The position numbers and the translations under genes are program-made. The notes under the pieces were generated by a model that searched no databases, was not told where the DNA came from, and saw only the letters and a list, made by a program, of their open reading frames with translations. From IMG/VR virus record IMGVR_UViG_3300035670_000160, positions 6,957 through 70,956 of that record: 64,000 nt of DNA, one strand, 5' to 3'. The DNA is from a virus. Shown here one piece after another: positions 28,750-38,095 of this stretch (the stretch's first letter is position 1; each line of letters starts with the position of its first letter).

Positions 28750-29403
28750 TTAGGCGTAGAGAGCGCCGGTGGTGGCGATATAGACGGAAATAATCTGACG
28801 AGAGACTAATCCGCCAATTGAACCTTCCTCAAAAGAGATAACCCAAGAGGAATCGCCATCCACAGGGTGTCTCACATCAGATTGGAAACAGCTGTCTGCA
28901 TTGAGGTCAGGGACAAACGCGCCTGCATCCTCAATCTGAGTGCCTGCGGGTACGAGATAAGTCTCGCCTGCAAGGACACGAAGGAGGTCAGAAATACTTC
29001 CTGTAGAGGTATTAGCTGTAAGGGTTGCGCCCGCAGCACCAGATGCGAGGTCTGTGTTGATGTTTGCGAGTGTTAAAGCACCCCCAGCACGAACACGAGT
29101 AACGAGAGCATTAGCGGCTGTCGTAGCTTCTGCGACTGTGAAGGCAGGTCCGGCAGCGCCAACTTGGATATTCTTAAGAAGATAGGGGACTAGACCTTTA
29201 GCCGCGCGAGTAAAAGACCCGCCTGATACGACAGCGCGGAAGGGTCCGATGACACCTAACTCAATCTGACGAACATATATTGGACCAGCACCTGCGGGTT
29301 CAATTGAGCCGTTACGCTGGCTTTCGCTAGGGAATAGGTCTGTAACTTGTACAGTACCATTTTGGACATTAGCCGACTTTGCAACTAAATACACCTGTGT
29401 CAT
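28750..29403 (-). CDS. putative virion structural protein, paralog 1
   Basis: QVTDLFP..AGPIY..KGLVPYL..VYIATTG; AAGGAG SD. Confidence 0.65.
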   Translation of the reverse strand: MTQVYLVAKSANVQNGTVQVTDLFPSESQRNGSIEPAGAGPIYVRQIELGVIGPFRAVVSGGSFTRAAKGLVPYLLKNIQVGAAGPAFTVAEATTAANALVTRVRAGGALTLANINTDLASGAAGATLTANTSTGSISDLLRVLAGETYLVPAGTQIEDAGAFVPDLNADSCFQSDVRHPVDGDSSWVISFEEGSIGGLVSRQIISVYIATTGALYA

Positions 29404-29465
29404 TGCGGTTCTCCTTTAAGAGTGTCTCTATCTAAGAGAGCGACTGATAAAAGAAATAAAACCGA

Positions 29466-30191
29466 TTAACCTTTATTTACGATTCCACAACGAAGTGTAA
29501 ATAAAACCTCATCTGTGTCGCCACCCACATAAAGGTCAGGTGCTGTCACACCTGTGAGCCCAATCTCTTCGCCCGGTCTAAGAATCGAAGGGTTCATACC
29601 CGGAGAGAATGAGTAATAGAGAGAAGACCCTCCGTCTGCTTCAAGGTTCTTTAAGTTAAGAGTTTGGCTGAAGTTGAGCAGGCTAAGGTTTAGACTGCCT
29701 TGATCGAGGGTATCGGGGATTACGCCCGCCGTATTGAGATTGGGGGCAGTAGCGATACAAGTGAAAACAGGGATTGTGACAGAGAGAAAGTCATATGGTG
29801 GGATTGCTGTGATTGGACCGAAGTCTGTGAGGTCACCCCCTTGAAGGACACCTCTGAGTCTGAGATATATAATCTCGCCATCGTTAGGTATTTTAGTTTC
29901 ACCTAAAGCGGGAACTGTGGCATAGTCATCTAGGTTTATGAATATTCTAGTGCTATCTCTTTTTGTGTCCTCTTGTGCTTTATATTTAGAAGCAATCAGA
30001 GAGGGGGACATGAAGGCTTTACCTGCTCTTGCGGTGAACATCAAACGAGGGTTTGTGAAAGCCGCATCTACATTTGAAGCACCATAGACTTGAAGAGAAA
30101 TAAGATTTCTCTGAGAAAGGTTGGGGACACTAAAATCAAGTACTCCCTTATTTCTATAGTTGAGGCTAGGTATCAGTCTTCCACGCATCAT
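29466..30191 (-). CDS. putative virion structural protein
   Basis: beta-rich 241-aa ORF next to structural paralogs. Confidence 0.5.
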   Translation of the reverse strand: MMRGRLIPSLNYRNKGVLDFSVPNLSQRNLISLQVYGASNVDAAFTNPRLMFTARAGKAFMSPSLIASKYKAQEDTKRDSTRIFINLDDYATVPALGETKIPNDGEIIYLRLRGVLQGGDLTDFGPITAIPPYDFLSVTIPVFTCIATAPNLNTAGVIPDTLDQGSLNLSLLNFSQTLNLKNLEADGGSSLYYSFSPGMNPSILRPGEEIGLTGVTAPDLYVGGDTDEVLFTLRCGIVNKG

Positions 30192-30193
30192 GA

Positions 30194-30586
30194 TTATTTA
30201 CCTTTCGAGAGGGTTTCTTTCTCAACTAGGGCGTTATAAGACTCTCCACTCTTGCCTTTAGACTTTGCGAGCTTTTGGGCTTCTCCCCAAGAGTCCACTT
30301 TCTCACCATCTACATTAGGTACGAGTCTTCCGCCGATTTTTGTGTCTCTCATTTGCTCGTTTTGTTTAGCATCGAGGCGTTTATTTTTTTCAGCCATTTG
30401 CTGTTTAACTCTTAAGTTCTTTCCCGCCCAACCATCACCAACTAAAATAAATTGTGGGAGTGAAGGTACTCTTTGTCCAACCTCGCCACACTCAGGGCAG
30501 GGGACAGGTGTGTCTCTTTCAGACATTTTGAGGATTTTGGTGTAGCGATTTTCACAGGAAGAACAAGCATAGTCATATGTAGGCAT
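30194..30586 (-). CDS. FmdB-family zinc-ribbon protein
   Basis: MPTYDYACSSC...CPECG...FILVGDGW. Confidence 0.85.
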   Translation of the reverse strand: MPTYDYACSSCENRYTKILKMSERDTPVPCPECGEVGQRVPSLPQFILVGDGWAGKNLRVKQQMAEKNKRLDAKQNEQMRDTKIGGRLVPNVDGEKVDSWGEAQKLAKSKGKSGESYNALVEKETLSKGK

Positions 30587-30589
30587 ATT

Positions 30590-30964
30590 TCAGGCTCCGA
30601 AAAATTGTTTTAACACAGCATACGAGTGCTTACAGACTCTATTTTGTCCATTAGGGTCACGCTGTGTTGGAGGGGTGATAGACCCCTTAGGTTTACCGAG
30701 TAAATATTTATTCTGATAGGCGTGATATTCAGGTCCTTGAAATATCCACGCTTTACAGGTACAAGAAATAAAGAGGTCAGGATTAGATTTCTTACCAGAA
30801 GCCTTTACAATGACTTGATATTCCCCCACCTGAAAAGTCATGGGTTTCTTTAAGAGTCCTTTTGAGTACTCTTTTGCTACAACAGAAATAGACGAAACCT
30901 GTCCCGAAATGTCGGGAGACAAGCCTTCTACTATTTGTTTAGCTGTCAGAGCTGTTTTGTGCAT
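30590..30964 (-). CDS. SWIM-type zinc-finger protein
   Basis: SCTCKAW...VCKH. Confidence 0.7.
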   Translation of the reverse strand: MHKTALTAKQIVEGLSPDISGQVSSISVVAKEYSKGLLKKPMTFQVGEYQVIVKASGKKSNPDLFISCTCKAWIFQGPEYHAYQNKYLLGKPKGSITPPTQRDPNGQNRVCKHSYAVLKQFFGA

Positions 30965-31002
30965 GAGAGACTCCTTCTCTTAAAGGAGTTCTCATAAAGG
31001 CA

Positions 31003-31104
31003 CTATTTCTCAGATTCAGAGTAGTGTCTGTAGGCACAGGTGAGTATCAAACAGTATGTTGCGAGACTAGATAGCGTCATTACAAAAACTGCGAGCGTCG
31101 TCAT
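31003..31104 (-). CDS. possible 33-aa membrane peptide
   Basis: MTTLAVFVMTLSSLATYCLILTCAYRHYSESEK read by eye; GAGG upstream. Confidence 0.3.
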   Translation of the reverse strand: MTTLAVFVMTLSSLATYCLILTCAYRHYSESEK

Positions 31105-31167
31105 TTTTAGAGCCTCTTATGATATGCACTCGTTGTGCAAAGACTCTCTAACGAGCGAGAAATAAAA

Positions 31168-31608
31168 ATGCAAACTTTTGTGCCTTTTGCAGACATAAAA
31201 AAGTGTGCGGAGGTTCTAGATTTGAAGAGACTTGGGAAACAACGCTCAGAATCGAAGATTATCTTACAGACTTTAGCGAAGAAAGCGACCGCCCCTGAGT
31301 CAGCTAAGATAGGCTGGAAAAATCACCCCGCAGTTTTGATGTGGGAGGGGCATGAAGATTTCTTAAGACTCTACTCAATTTCGATATGTACTGAGTGGAT
31401 TTCTAGAGGCTGTATGGACACGACTCTTAGTTGGTTCATTGAAGGCTTTTCATGGGATTACAAACCGACACCCCCTTTATGGTGGGGTGACGAGAGAGTG
31501 CATGAGAGTCATCGCTCCAAGTTGCTCTCTAAAAACCTAGACCACTATGGTACTTATTTCTCTAGCACACCTTCAGACCTTGATTACTTTTGGCCCATCA
31601 CTAAGTGA
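31168..31608 (+). CDS. pyrimidine-dimer DNA glycosylase/endonuclease V-like (MSMEG_6728 type)
   Basis: MQTFVP..LDLKRLGKQR.E..WKNHPAVLMW..HESHRSKLL..YFWP. Confidence 0.85.
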   Translation: MQTFVPFADIKKCAEVLDLKRLGKQRSESKIILQTLAKKATAPESAKIGWKNHPAVLMWEGHEDFLRLYSISICTEWISRGCMDTTLSWFIEGFSWDYKPTPPLWWGDERVHESHRSKLLSKNLDHYGTYFSSTPSDLDYFWPITK

Positions 31609-32024
31609 GAAAAAACATGACGAAGTCAGATATCGCAACCCAAATCATCCGTATCAAGTCTCTCCAAGAGGCGCTTGAGAACGAGGTCAAACAGCTCCGC
31701 GCTCAACTTGATGTCGGTGATGAACTCGTTGTCCCAGAGGGTCAGGTTTCTTTGAATTCTCGTACTCGTAGAGATTTTGATGAGAATAAGCTCTTGCTCG
31801 CTGTTCTTGCTCAGGGTCTTGACCCAAATACACTCGGTAGTGTGGTCTTGTCTGTGGATAGAAATAAGCTCAATACAGCAGTCACCTCAGGTCTTATTTC
31901 TGAAGACTTTTTGGAGAAGAACTCGTCATTATATACATATGATGCGCTTGTGATTAAGCCTAATGCGGAGACAAAGCAGGAGGGTTTTAATAAGGTGTCC
32001 TCGCTTTTAGGAGTGGGGAAGTGA
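31605..32024 (+). CDS. hypothetical protein
   Basis: ORF coupled in operon. Confidence 0.55.
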   Translation: MRKNMTKSDIATQIIRIKSLQEALENEVKQLRAQLDVGDELVVPEGQVSLNSRTRRDFDENKLLLAVLAQGLDPNTLGSVVLSVDRNKLNTAVTSGLISEDFLEKNSSLYTYDALVIKPNAETKQEGFNKVSSLLGVGK

Positions 32025-32515
32025 TAGATGCAGAAAAGCTCGTATTTATAGCGCAATGTAGCGTCATGATGGTCAAGGGACACTTCCAGAAAATCAAGAC
32101 TTTAGACTTCTTTGATTATTCGGAGTTTCCTGACCATGTCTCTACAATCATTCCATTGAGCGAGGAATCTTTGGGTTTTGAGTCTCCTCAAATCTTGCTA
32201 GAGAAGCCTAATTGGTTGTCGTCTAATATAAGAGAAGTTTATGCAGGTCTTATACTTCCCATAGATTGGGCGAACTATGCCTCCTATCGCTGTTCTTTGA
32301 TTAGTAAATCTTTAGGGTGTGTTTTTTGGGGCATTCACAAAGATAACAATATCTATATTTTGGTGAAGGTCACAGGTTCTGCTCCTCTCTGTATGTCTTG
32401 CGGAGAGGACTTCCAAGACCTGTCTTATGTGTTTTTAGGAGACATCTCGCCTGATTGTGCGTTAGGCTTCGCTTTATCTGAGTTGAACGACTACGATATA
32501 AATACCCCTCAGTAA
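32021..32515 (+). CDS. hypothetical protein
   Basis: ORF coupled by GTGA overlap. Confidence 0.5.
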   Translation: MIDAEKLVFIAQCSVMMVKGHFQKIKTLDFFDYSEFPDHVSTIIPLSEESLGFESPQILLEKPNWLSSNIREVYAGLILPIDWANYASYRCSLISKSLGCVFWGIHKDNNIYILVKVTGSAPLCMSCGEDFQDLSYVFLGDISPDCALGFALSELNDYDINTPQ

Positions 32516-32688
32516 CCTCCTGTATTAAACCATCCGCTTCCCTTTAAGACAAACGAAGACTGCGCTATCGCCCGCTCTGTTTCCCCCTTACATTTTTCAC
32601 AGGCTGGTGGTGGGTCAGAGTACTTTTGATTTTTCGTCTGCTTGTGTCCACAGGACTCAGACTTACACTTGAAAACATAAGTGGGCAT
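32509..32688 (-). CDS. FmdB-family zinc-ribbon protein (59 aa, not in ORF track)
   Basis: MPTYVFKCKSESCGH...CEKCKG...FVLKGSGWFNTGGY; AAGGAG SD. Confidence 0.8.
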   Translation of the reverse strand: MPTYVFKCKSESCGHKQTKNQKYSDPPPACEKCKGETERAIAQSSFVLKGSGWFNTGGY

Positions 32689-32936
32689 TATTTCTTCTCC
32701 TTTATTTCTTGTTTGGACTTGTACTCGTCAGCGCGTTGTTTACGAGCCATATCTTCTGCGAGTCCTAAAAGCCTTGTCATCTCATTGGTCAATCTCTCAA
32801 CTTCCCTTGAGAGTGGAGAACCCGCATAAACAGAGTCTTGATTATTTCTGCTGTACCTATTTTGAAGAGATTTGAGTAAACTTCTACTCTCTTCTAAACG
32901 AGATAAAACAAATCTCATTTCGTCAGACATAAGCAA
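32688..32936 (-). CDS. small coiled-coil protein
   Basis: 82-aa ORF with TAATG coupling to downstream gene. Confidence 0.55.
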   Translation of the reverse strand: MLMSDEMRFVLSRLEESRSLLKSLQNRYSRNNQDSVYAGSPLSREVERLTNEMTRLLGLAEDMARKQRADEYKSKQEIKEKK

Positions 32937-32988
32937 AACTCCGATATATTAGGGTGTCACTTCTCTACAATACCCAAAAGGTTCTCAA

Positions 32989-33357
32989 ATGGTTCAGGAT
33001 TCAGAAATCGTAAAAGCTCTAGAAGTTGGTGTCTCTTGTCTTAAGAACATTCTGTATTTAATACACCCAAAGAACCCTAACTTTGAGAACGCTCCTTGTT
33101 TTATCCTTCCTTATGATAAGGACTCGCAAGTAGTTCGTATCAAAGAGGGCGGGGTTTGCCCCCCGAACAAGTGGGGGTTTCAGCAAGGTATTTTTCTAGA
33201 ACCTACACAAGATGGTTATTTAGTGTCGTATTTAGAGGAAGGGTACAGCTGGGATATGTTTCAAGGATACCCCTCTTTAAATGAGGGGGTTCTAAGGTTT
33301 CCCGTACCCTCTTATCAAGGTTTTTCAAAAGAGCCTGATGAGATTATTTGTCACTAA
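32989..33357 (+). CDS. hypothetical protein
   Basis: 122-aa ORF after TCCGATAT motif. Confidence 0.55.
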   Translation: MVQDSEIVKALEVGVSCLKNILYLIHPKNPNFENAPCFILPYDKDSQVVRIKEGGVCPPNKWGFQQGIFLEPTQDGYLVSYLEEGYSWDMFQGYPSLNEGVLRFPVPSYQGFSKEPDEIICH

Positions 33358-33901
33358 TCTCTACAGGTACCTCAAACATATCAGCCCCACCAGAGAAATA
33401 ACCAACTTTGAGTTCTAAACTCCCACGAGCGGGTATGAGATTAGAACTCTCAATAAGCTCGTTTGAGTAAGCTGGGGAAGTGCCTTTATTGACAGCCACC
33501 GTGATGTGTGGGTGCTTGTTCTTAGAGGGCAGACCCGAAGGTAGGTCTAAGACGACTGCGATTGCCTTGTCGTCTGCGACATAACCTTTAATTTTAACAT
33601 TGAAAGTCTTGCCTATAATATTCTTGTAGGGCTTTAGGTTCTCAGCACTTCCTTTATTTCCAAAGAACTCAATCGTCATATGGTGAGCTTTAATATCCCA
33701 TCCTGTAAGAGAGGGTGCGTTTGTTTGCTGTGACAGCCAATTAGTAAGAATTTCTGGTTTCTCTAATACGGCTTCCGCAAAGACAACACTTTTCTTCGCG
33801 GCGACTTTGATTTGTGTGTTCGTCACGAGAGGGAGGATTTTGTCTCTTAAGTCAGGACGTGTATAGGCGAGTCTGATGAGTTTTCCGCGTAAGCTATTCA
33901 T
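33344..33901 (-). CDS. 2H phosphoesterase (tRNA-ligase phosphodiesterase-like) with N-terminal leader
   Basis: two HxT motifs HMTI and HITV; SNELI. Confidence 0.8.
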   Translation of the reverse strand: MNSLRGKLIRLAYTRPDLRDKILPLVTNTQIKVAAKKSVVFAEAVLEKPEILTNWLSQQTNAPSLTGWDIKAHHMTIEFFGNKGSAENLKPYKNIIGKTFNVKIKGYVADDKAIAVVLDLPSGLPSKNKHPHITVAVNKGTSPAYSNELIESSNLIPARGSLELKVGYFSGGADMFEVPVEISDK

Positions 33902-33912
33902 TCTAGTATTCC

Positions 33913-34752
33913 TTATAGTGCTTCGAAGGTGGCTTGAGGTTCAGCTGCGGGTGCGGGGGCGGGTGCTTTTTTACCTTTTCCTTTATTCAGGATAATCTCC
34001 ATAAATTCTTTTTGTTCTTTGGGGTCCATGTTTTTCATGCGTTCTTTGACTTCAGGGCTTGCTTTGTCCATAAAGTTCTTTAGCTTTTCGGCATCGTTTT
34101 CTTTCTTGCCCTTAAATTCTTTTAGCCTAGTGCCTAAATCCTTTTCTTCTTTGTCTTTTTTCTTACCCTTCTCTTCTTTCTTAGCCAAGCCCATTAGAGG
34201 AAGAACGAAGTTCTTAAAAGTTAACTCTTTCCTATCCTCTTTAGGGAGAGAATTGAACTTAACCTCTCTGCCTCTTTCATTTTTGAACTTGCCTTGTTGC
34301 TTTTCTTGTCTCCACTTCATAGTTAAACCCTTGATTTGAGGCTTTTTGCTTTTAGGAACTAAACCTTTCAGTCTCTTAATTTGCATCTGTGGTTGTTCAT
34401 CGCTTTTCCATGCTTTGATGATTTGCTGAATTTTAGATTTCTTATCTTTTCCTTCTGTCTTTTTATTCAACTTCTTAGCCCCCCCAGATAGGGGCTTATT
34501 TTGCCGTTTACTCATGGCTTTGGTTTGCTGCCTAATATCAGCTTTTAAGTCGTCTGCGAGCTTTACCCAAAGTCTAAAACCCTCTCTCCAAAAAGTAGGT
34601 CTTTCAGAGGAACTCGCAATACGAAGTCGAGATGACATCGCCTCAATTTGAGCTTCATTTGAGAGAAACTCTGTTAGGACACCCGCATACTTCAGAAAGT
34701 CTCTTTCTGAAGTCGCCGCTTTATACATCAATAACGCAACATGATCTTTCAT
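33913..34752 (-). CDS. Lys-rich hypothetical protein
   Basis: AGGAG SD; FKNERGREVKFNSLP. Confidence 0.6.
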   Translation of the reverse strand: MKDHVALLMYKAATSERDFLKYAGVLTEFLSNEAQIEAMSSRLRIASSSERPTFWREGFRLWVKLADDLKADIRQQTKAMSKRQNKPLSGGAKKLNKKTEGKDKKSKIQQIIKAWKSDEQPQMQIKRLKGLVPKSKKPQIKGLTMKWRQEKQQGKFKNERGREVKFNSLPKEDRKELTFKNFVLPLMGLAKKEEKGKKKDKEEKDLGTRLKEFKGKKENDAEKLKNFMDKASPEVKERMKNMDPKEQKEFMEIILNKGKGKKAPAPAPAAEPQATFEAL

Positions 34753-34839
34753 AATCTTCTCCTAAAGTAGCTACTCCTTGTAGTTCTCCATAAACTATTT
34801 ATTACGCGCAGTCCTCGTTATTTGCTGAAGGAGTACAAA

Positions 34840-36234
34840 ATGAGAAATAGATTGGCTACTGAAGTAGACCCTGACTTTTTAATGCGTGTTGATAAAGCAA
34901 TACGGAAACTTAAGAGAGACCCAAGTCTAGACCCGACAGGAAAGAATCTTGAAGTAGCCGAAATGCTTTTTCAGAGAGCTGTTAGTGGCACATTAAGACA
35001 AAACGATGATTTTGTTCTTATCTCGCTTGAGGAAGTAATGAACCGCACACTTCCGAAGTCCCCTGCTTCTGTAGTAACTCCTAACCCTGTCTCTCAGACT
35101 TCTATCACCAATCCTATTCTCAATAGATTGGATGAAATCCTTAAGAATAATCCCAATCAGTTTATTGAGTCTCTACGAAATCAGGTATTAAGAGGAAGGC
35201 GACTTTCTCAGAAACAGCTTGATGCGATAGAGAAGTTTGAAAAACCCCAAACATCGGGTGTTGTTGATGAGGAGCTACTCGGTCGTATTGACACGCTCAG
35301 GTCAAGTATTGAGAACCCCTTCTTAGAGTCCGTTCGACAACAGGTGGCTAGGGGAAGGAAGTTAAGTCAGAAACAGCTAGACGCGATAAGTCGCTTTGAA
35401 ACAACCCGCTCTAGAAAGGCTTCAGCTCTTTTCTGCGCTAAGTCTCTAACGAGTGCAGGTTTCCGTATTTTTTCCGTGCAAGATATTTCTCACTTTCTTT
35501 CAATGACGAGTCGTACTCTCAAGAGAGCTTCTACTGCTGTCCTTGAGACCGCCCCTGACGCAAAAGAGGTAGCTAAAGCAACTGCCCGTCTTGACGCTAA
35601 GATAGAGAAAGAAAGCCACTCTACAGATAAGTCTGTGTGGGAGAAGGTCTTTGAGATTTCTAAGAAACTAGAGACTTTCGGTTATATTACAAATATCTCA
35701 AAGAGAGAATCAGGTCGCTTTGATTTGAATAAGGTTGAGTTCTATATCTTGAGTTCAGGTGAATCTATTAGTTTTGAGGAACTCGTAGAACTCTCAAATC
35801 GCAACCCTCGTTTAAGAAAACAATTAAATGCTCTGCATGGTTTTCATAACTTTGCTAAGAGTATGTATACAGGAGAACTTAACCCTACCCTCAAGAATGC
35901 TTTATTAGGTAAGTTTGCGGGTATCTTTGAATCCATCGCAAACTTTTTTAGAAGACCTCTTGTAAACATAATCCCCGCATTAGTAGGGGGTGCTACAATA
36001 GCTACCGCTCTGCATACATTTTTTTATGGGGCAACGGCTGATGTCTCCGCTATCACTACAGGAGTAATTGCGAGTATTCTATTTATACTCGGACCTCATG
36101 TACTTAGATGGCTTGCCTCTAAAGCTCAAGGTGCTTTCAATAAGCTGAAGTTTAAGCTCGCTTCCGATAAAGCCCAAGCCTACAAGACAGCGTATCTTTC
36201 GTTTCTGTCATTTCAGAAAGGTCGTGTACTATGA
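34840..36234 (+). CDS. repeat-domain protein fused to membrane-hairpin family domain
   Basis: two F.ES.R.QV.RGR.LSQKQLDAI repeats; C-terminal half similar to 18842 and 36231. Confidence 0.7.
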   Translation: MRNRLATEVDPDFLMRVDKAIRKLKRDPSLDPTGKNLEVAEMLFQRAVSGTLRQNDDFVLISLEEVMNRTLPKSPASVVTPNPVSQTSITNPILNRLDEILKNNPNQFIESLRNQVLRGRRLSQKQLDAIEKFEKPQTSGVVDEELLGRIDTLRSSIENPFLESVRQQVARGRKLSQKQLDAISRFETTRSRKASALFCAKSLTSAGFRIFSVQDISHFLSMTSRTLKRASTAVLETAPDAKEVAKATARLDAKIEKESHSTDKSVWEKVFEISKKLETFGYITNISKRESGRFDLNKVEFYILSSGESISFEELVELSNRNPRLRKQLNALHGFHNFAKSMYTGELNPTLKNALLGKFAGIFESIANFFRRPLVNIIPALVGGATIATALHTFFYGATADVSAITTGVIASILFILGPHVLRWLASKAQGAFNKLKFKLASDKAQAYKTAYLSFLSFQKGRVL

Positions 36235-36968
36235 GCGAAATAGTCTTAGCTAAAATCTTCAAGAGAGCGGGTCTCTCATTTAAGTCATCTGAGGAAGCTG
36301 CCCTGTTTCTTCCTGTGTTGACACAATCTATTAGAAAAGTCTCTCGCGCTACCGCAGAGCTATCCCCACAAGAGATTAACTCTGTTCGTAATAATTTTAT
36401 CAAAGCTGCGGAAGACGATAAGCAGAACACTATTATAATGTTGGAAAAGAAAGCACAGGCTTTGTTTGAAAAAGTGCGTGAACAAGGAGTTTATCTACCA
36501 CTTGAAATCACGCTTTCAAATTTCCACACTTTTGAAGTGCCTACTCAGATGACTCAGAGGTCTGGGAAAGTCTATAAACTTTATCAGGAAATCATGGTAC
36601 TCCATGACACCTATGCGATAGTCATGGGGAAGACTAAGAGTAATATTATAAAGTTCTTGTTTCAGAAAGTATCCTCGCTCTTTGAAGCCCTAGCAAATGT
36701 CATAGGAACAAATTTGATGACAGTCGTGTTAGCTTTAGTCGGCGGCTCGGCTATCTATACAGCCTACGCTCAAGGTGGTAGTGGTCTTCCTGTCTCCACT
36801 ATCCTCTACACCCTTCTGGCTCTCTCAAGTCAGCACTTCCTCCATGTTATTTTAAAACTGACCGGCTCTTATTTTAAAGGTAAGAGCCGATTTCATACAG
36901 ATGTTTCAAGGGTAGCGTCTAACAACTACTTAAGAAGTGTTAAGATGTTAGAGCGAACTTTTATTTAG
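36231..36968 (+). CDS. membrane-hairpin protein, paralog family member
   Basis: ATGA overlap; similarity to 18842 and 34840. Confidence 0.65.
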   Translation: MSEIVLAKIFKRAGLSFKSSEEAALFLPVLTQSIRKVSRATAELSPQEINSVRNNFIKAAEDDKQNTIIMLEKKAQALFEKVREQGVYLPLEITLSNFHTFEVPTQMTQRSGKVYKLYQEIMVLHDTYAIVMGKTKSNIIKFLFQKVSSLFEALANVIGTNLMTVVLALVGGSAIYTAYAQGGSGLPVSTILYTLLALSSQHFLHVILKLTGSYFKGKSRFHTDVSRVASNNYLRSVKMLERTFI

Positions 36969-37001
36969 AGAGAGCTTTTCAAAAATACCGAACTCTGATA
37001 T

Positions 37002-37211
37002 GTGGTATTCCAAAAAGGAGTTAAAATGATTCTCTTACTTGTTTTGGAATGTCTATCTACTATAGCCGCTATTTTCCAGAGTTTTAATCTCGCCGTCAAG
37101 TATGACGAGGTTCTTGAGGCACCTCGTTTATTTCTATATGGTTCTGTACTTGTACCTATTTATATGCTTTTAGCATATAGTGTACACACTCTGTTTGGGG
37201 TATTTCTCTAG
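37002..37211 (+). CDS. small two-TM protein
   Basis: AAGGAG SD before MILLLV; hydrophobic. Confidence 0.55.
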   Translation: MVFQKGVKMILLLVLECLSTIAAIFQSFNLAVKYDEVLEAPRLFLYGSVLVPIYMLLAYSVHTLFGVFL

Positions 37212-37264
37212 TCATTTATTTCTTTATGTTCTCTCTCTCTCTCGGATAAAGAAGGAGAACATAA

Positions 37265-37804
37265 ATGGCTGCCCTAACACCACCACATCGTATCACTCGT
37301 TTAGAGGATTTGACCTTACAACATCTAAAGTTGATTATTCCAAATTGTTATGTTTTGACTTGGACTCCAAAATATGACTCGTCTTACTTGAGGTTATCAA
37401 CATCTTTAAATATGGCTACCTGTATTTCTCACATCTTGATAGAGCAAAATATAGGTTCTTATTTATTTCATGTGAAATACGAATTAAGAGACAGCTTTAA
37501 CAAATATCAAAGTGAAGGTAGATTCAGTTTTTCAATAACTGAAAGCCTTCCCTCTGAAGCAGTACGCAAGATGTGTCAAACTCTAAATGAGTTCATTTGG
37601 GAGAATGAGTCAGGCTATCAAGAGCACCTATCAAAAATTCAGGCGCGCGTTAAAGCAGAAAAACAAAAAGAGGAGAGGTCTGGTTTTTTTGGTTTTTTCC
37701 GTTTCGCCACAGAAAGTCGCTTAAAAGCTCTAGAAGACAAGATTTCTCGCCTAGAGAGAAATGCTTCTCTTAAGAGATATAGAGCTAGAAATAAGACCCT
37801 CTAA
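37265..37804 (+). CDS. hypothetical protein
   Basis: AAGGAG SD; C-terminal LEDKISRLERNAS. Confidence 0.6.
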   Translation: MAALTPPHRITRLEDLTLQHLKLIIPNCYVLTWTPKYDSSYLRLSTSLNMATCISHILIEQNIGSYLFHVKYELRDSFNKYQSEGRFSFSITESLPSEAVRKMCQTLNEFIWENESGYQEHLSKIQARVKAEKQKEERSGFFGFFRFATESRLKALEDKISRLERNASLKRYRARNKTL

Positions 37805-37824
37805 AATCTCTTATTTCTAGCTCT
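37781..37824. terminator. 16-bp perfect inverted repeat spanning a stop codon
   Basis: AGAGCTAGAAATAAGA-12 nt-TCTTATTTCTAGCTCT followed by T-rich tract. Confidence 0.65.
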
Positions 37825-37873
37825 TATTTCTTATCTCGGTATATTCCCATATCCCTTCCATAATGGAGTTGAT

Positions 37874-38095
37874 ATGAGAGATACAGATATGCCCTTAATC
37901 GAAGAGACTTATGACTTGGCAAGTGGTCAAATATTTCCGATTAAAGACCGCGCAATTCGCCTTGCAATTCAATACTTCCAAGCTCTCTCTGTCACGACAC
38001 CCAACCCTGAGCTTCTTATTTCTACTGCAAAAGCGATTGAGGATTATTTCTATGATTATTTAGATGGGGACTCAAGCGAGGACTTAGGGGAATAA
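37874..38095 (+). CDS. small hypothetical protein (paralog of 22973)
   Basis: GGAG SD; ELLISTAKAIE motif. Confidence 0.55.
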   Translation: MRDTDMPLIEETYDLASGQIFPIKDRAIRLAIQYFQALSVTTPNPELLISTAKAIEDYFYDYLDGDSSEDLGE

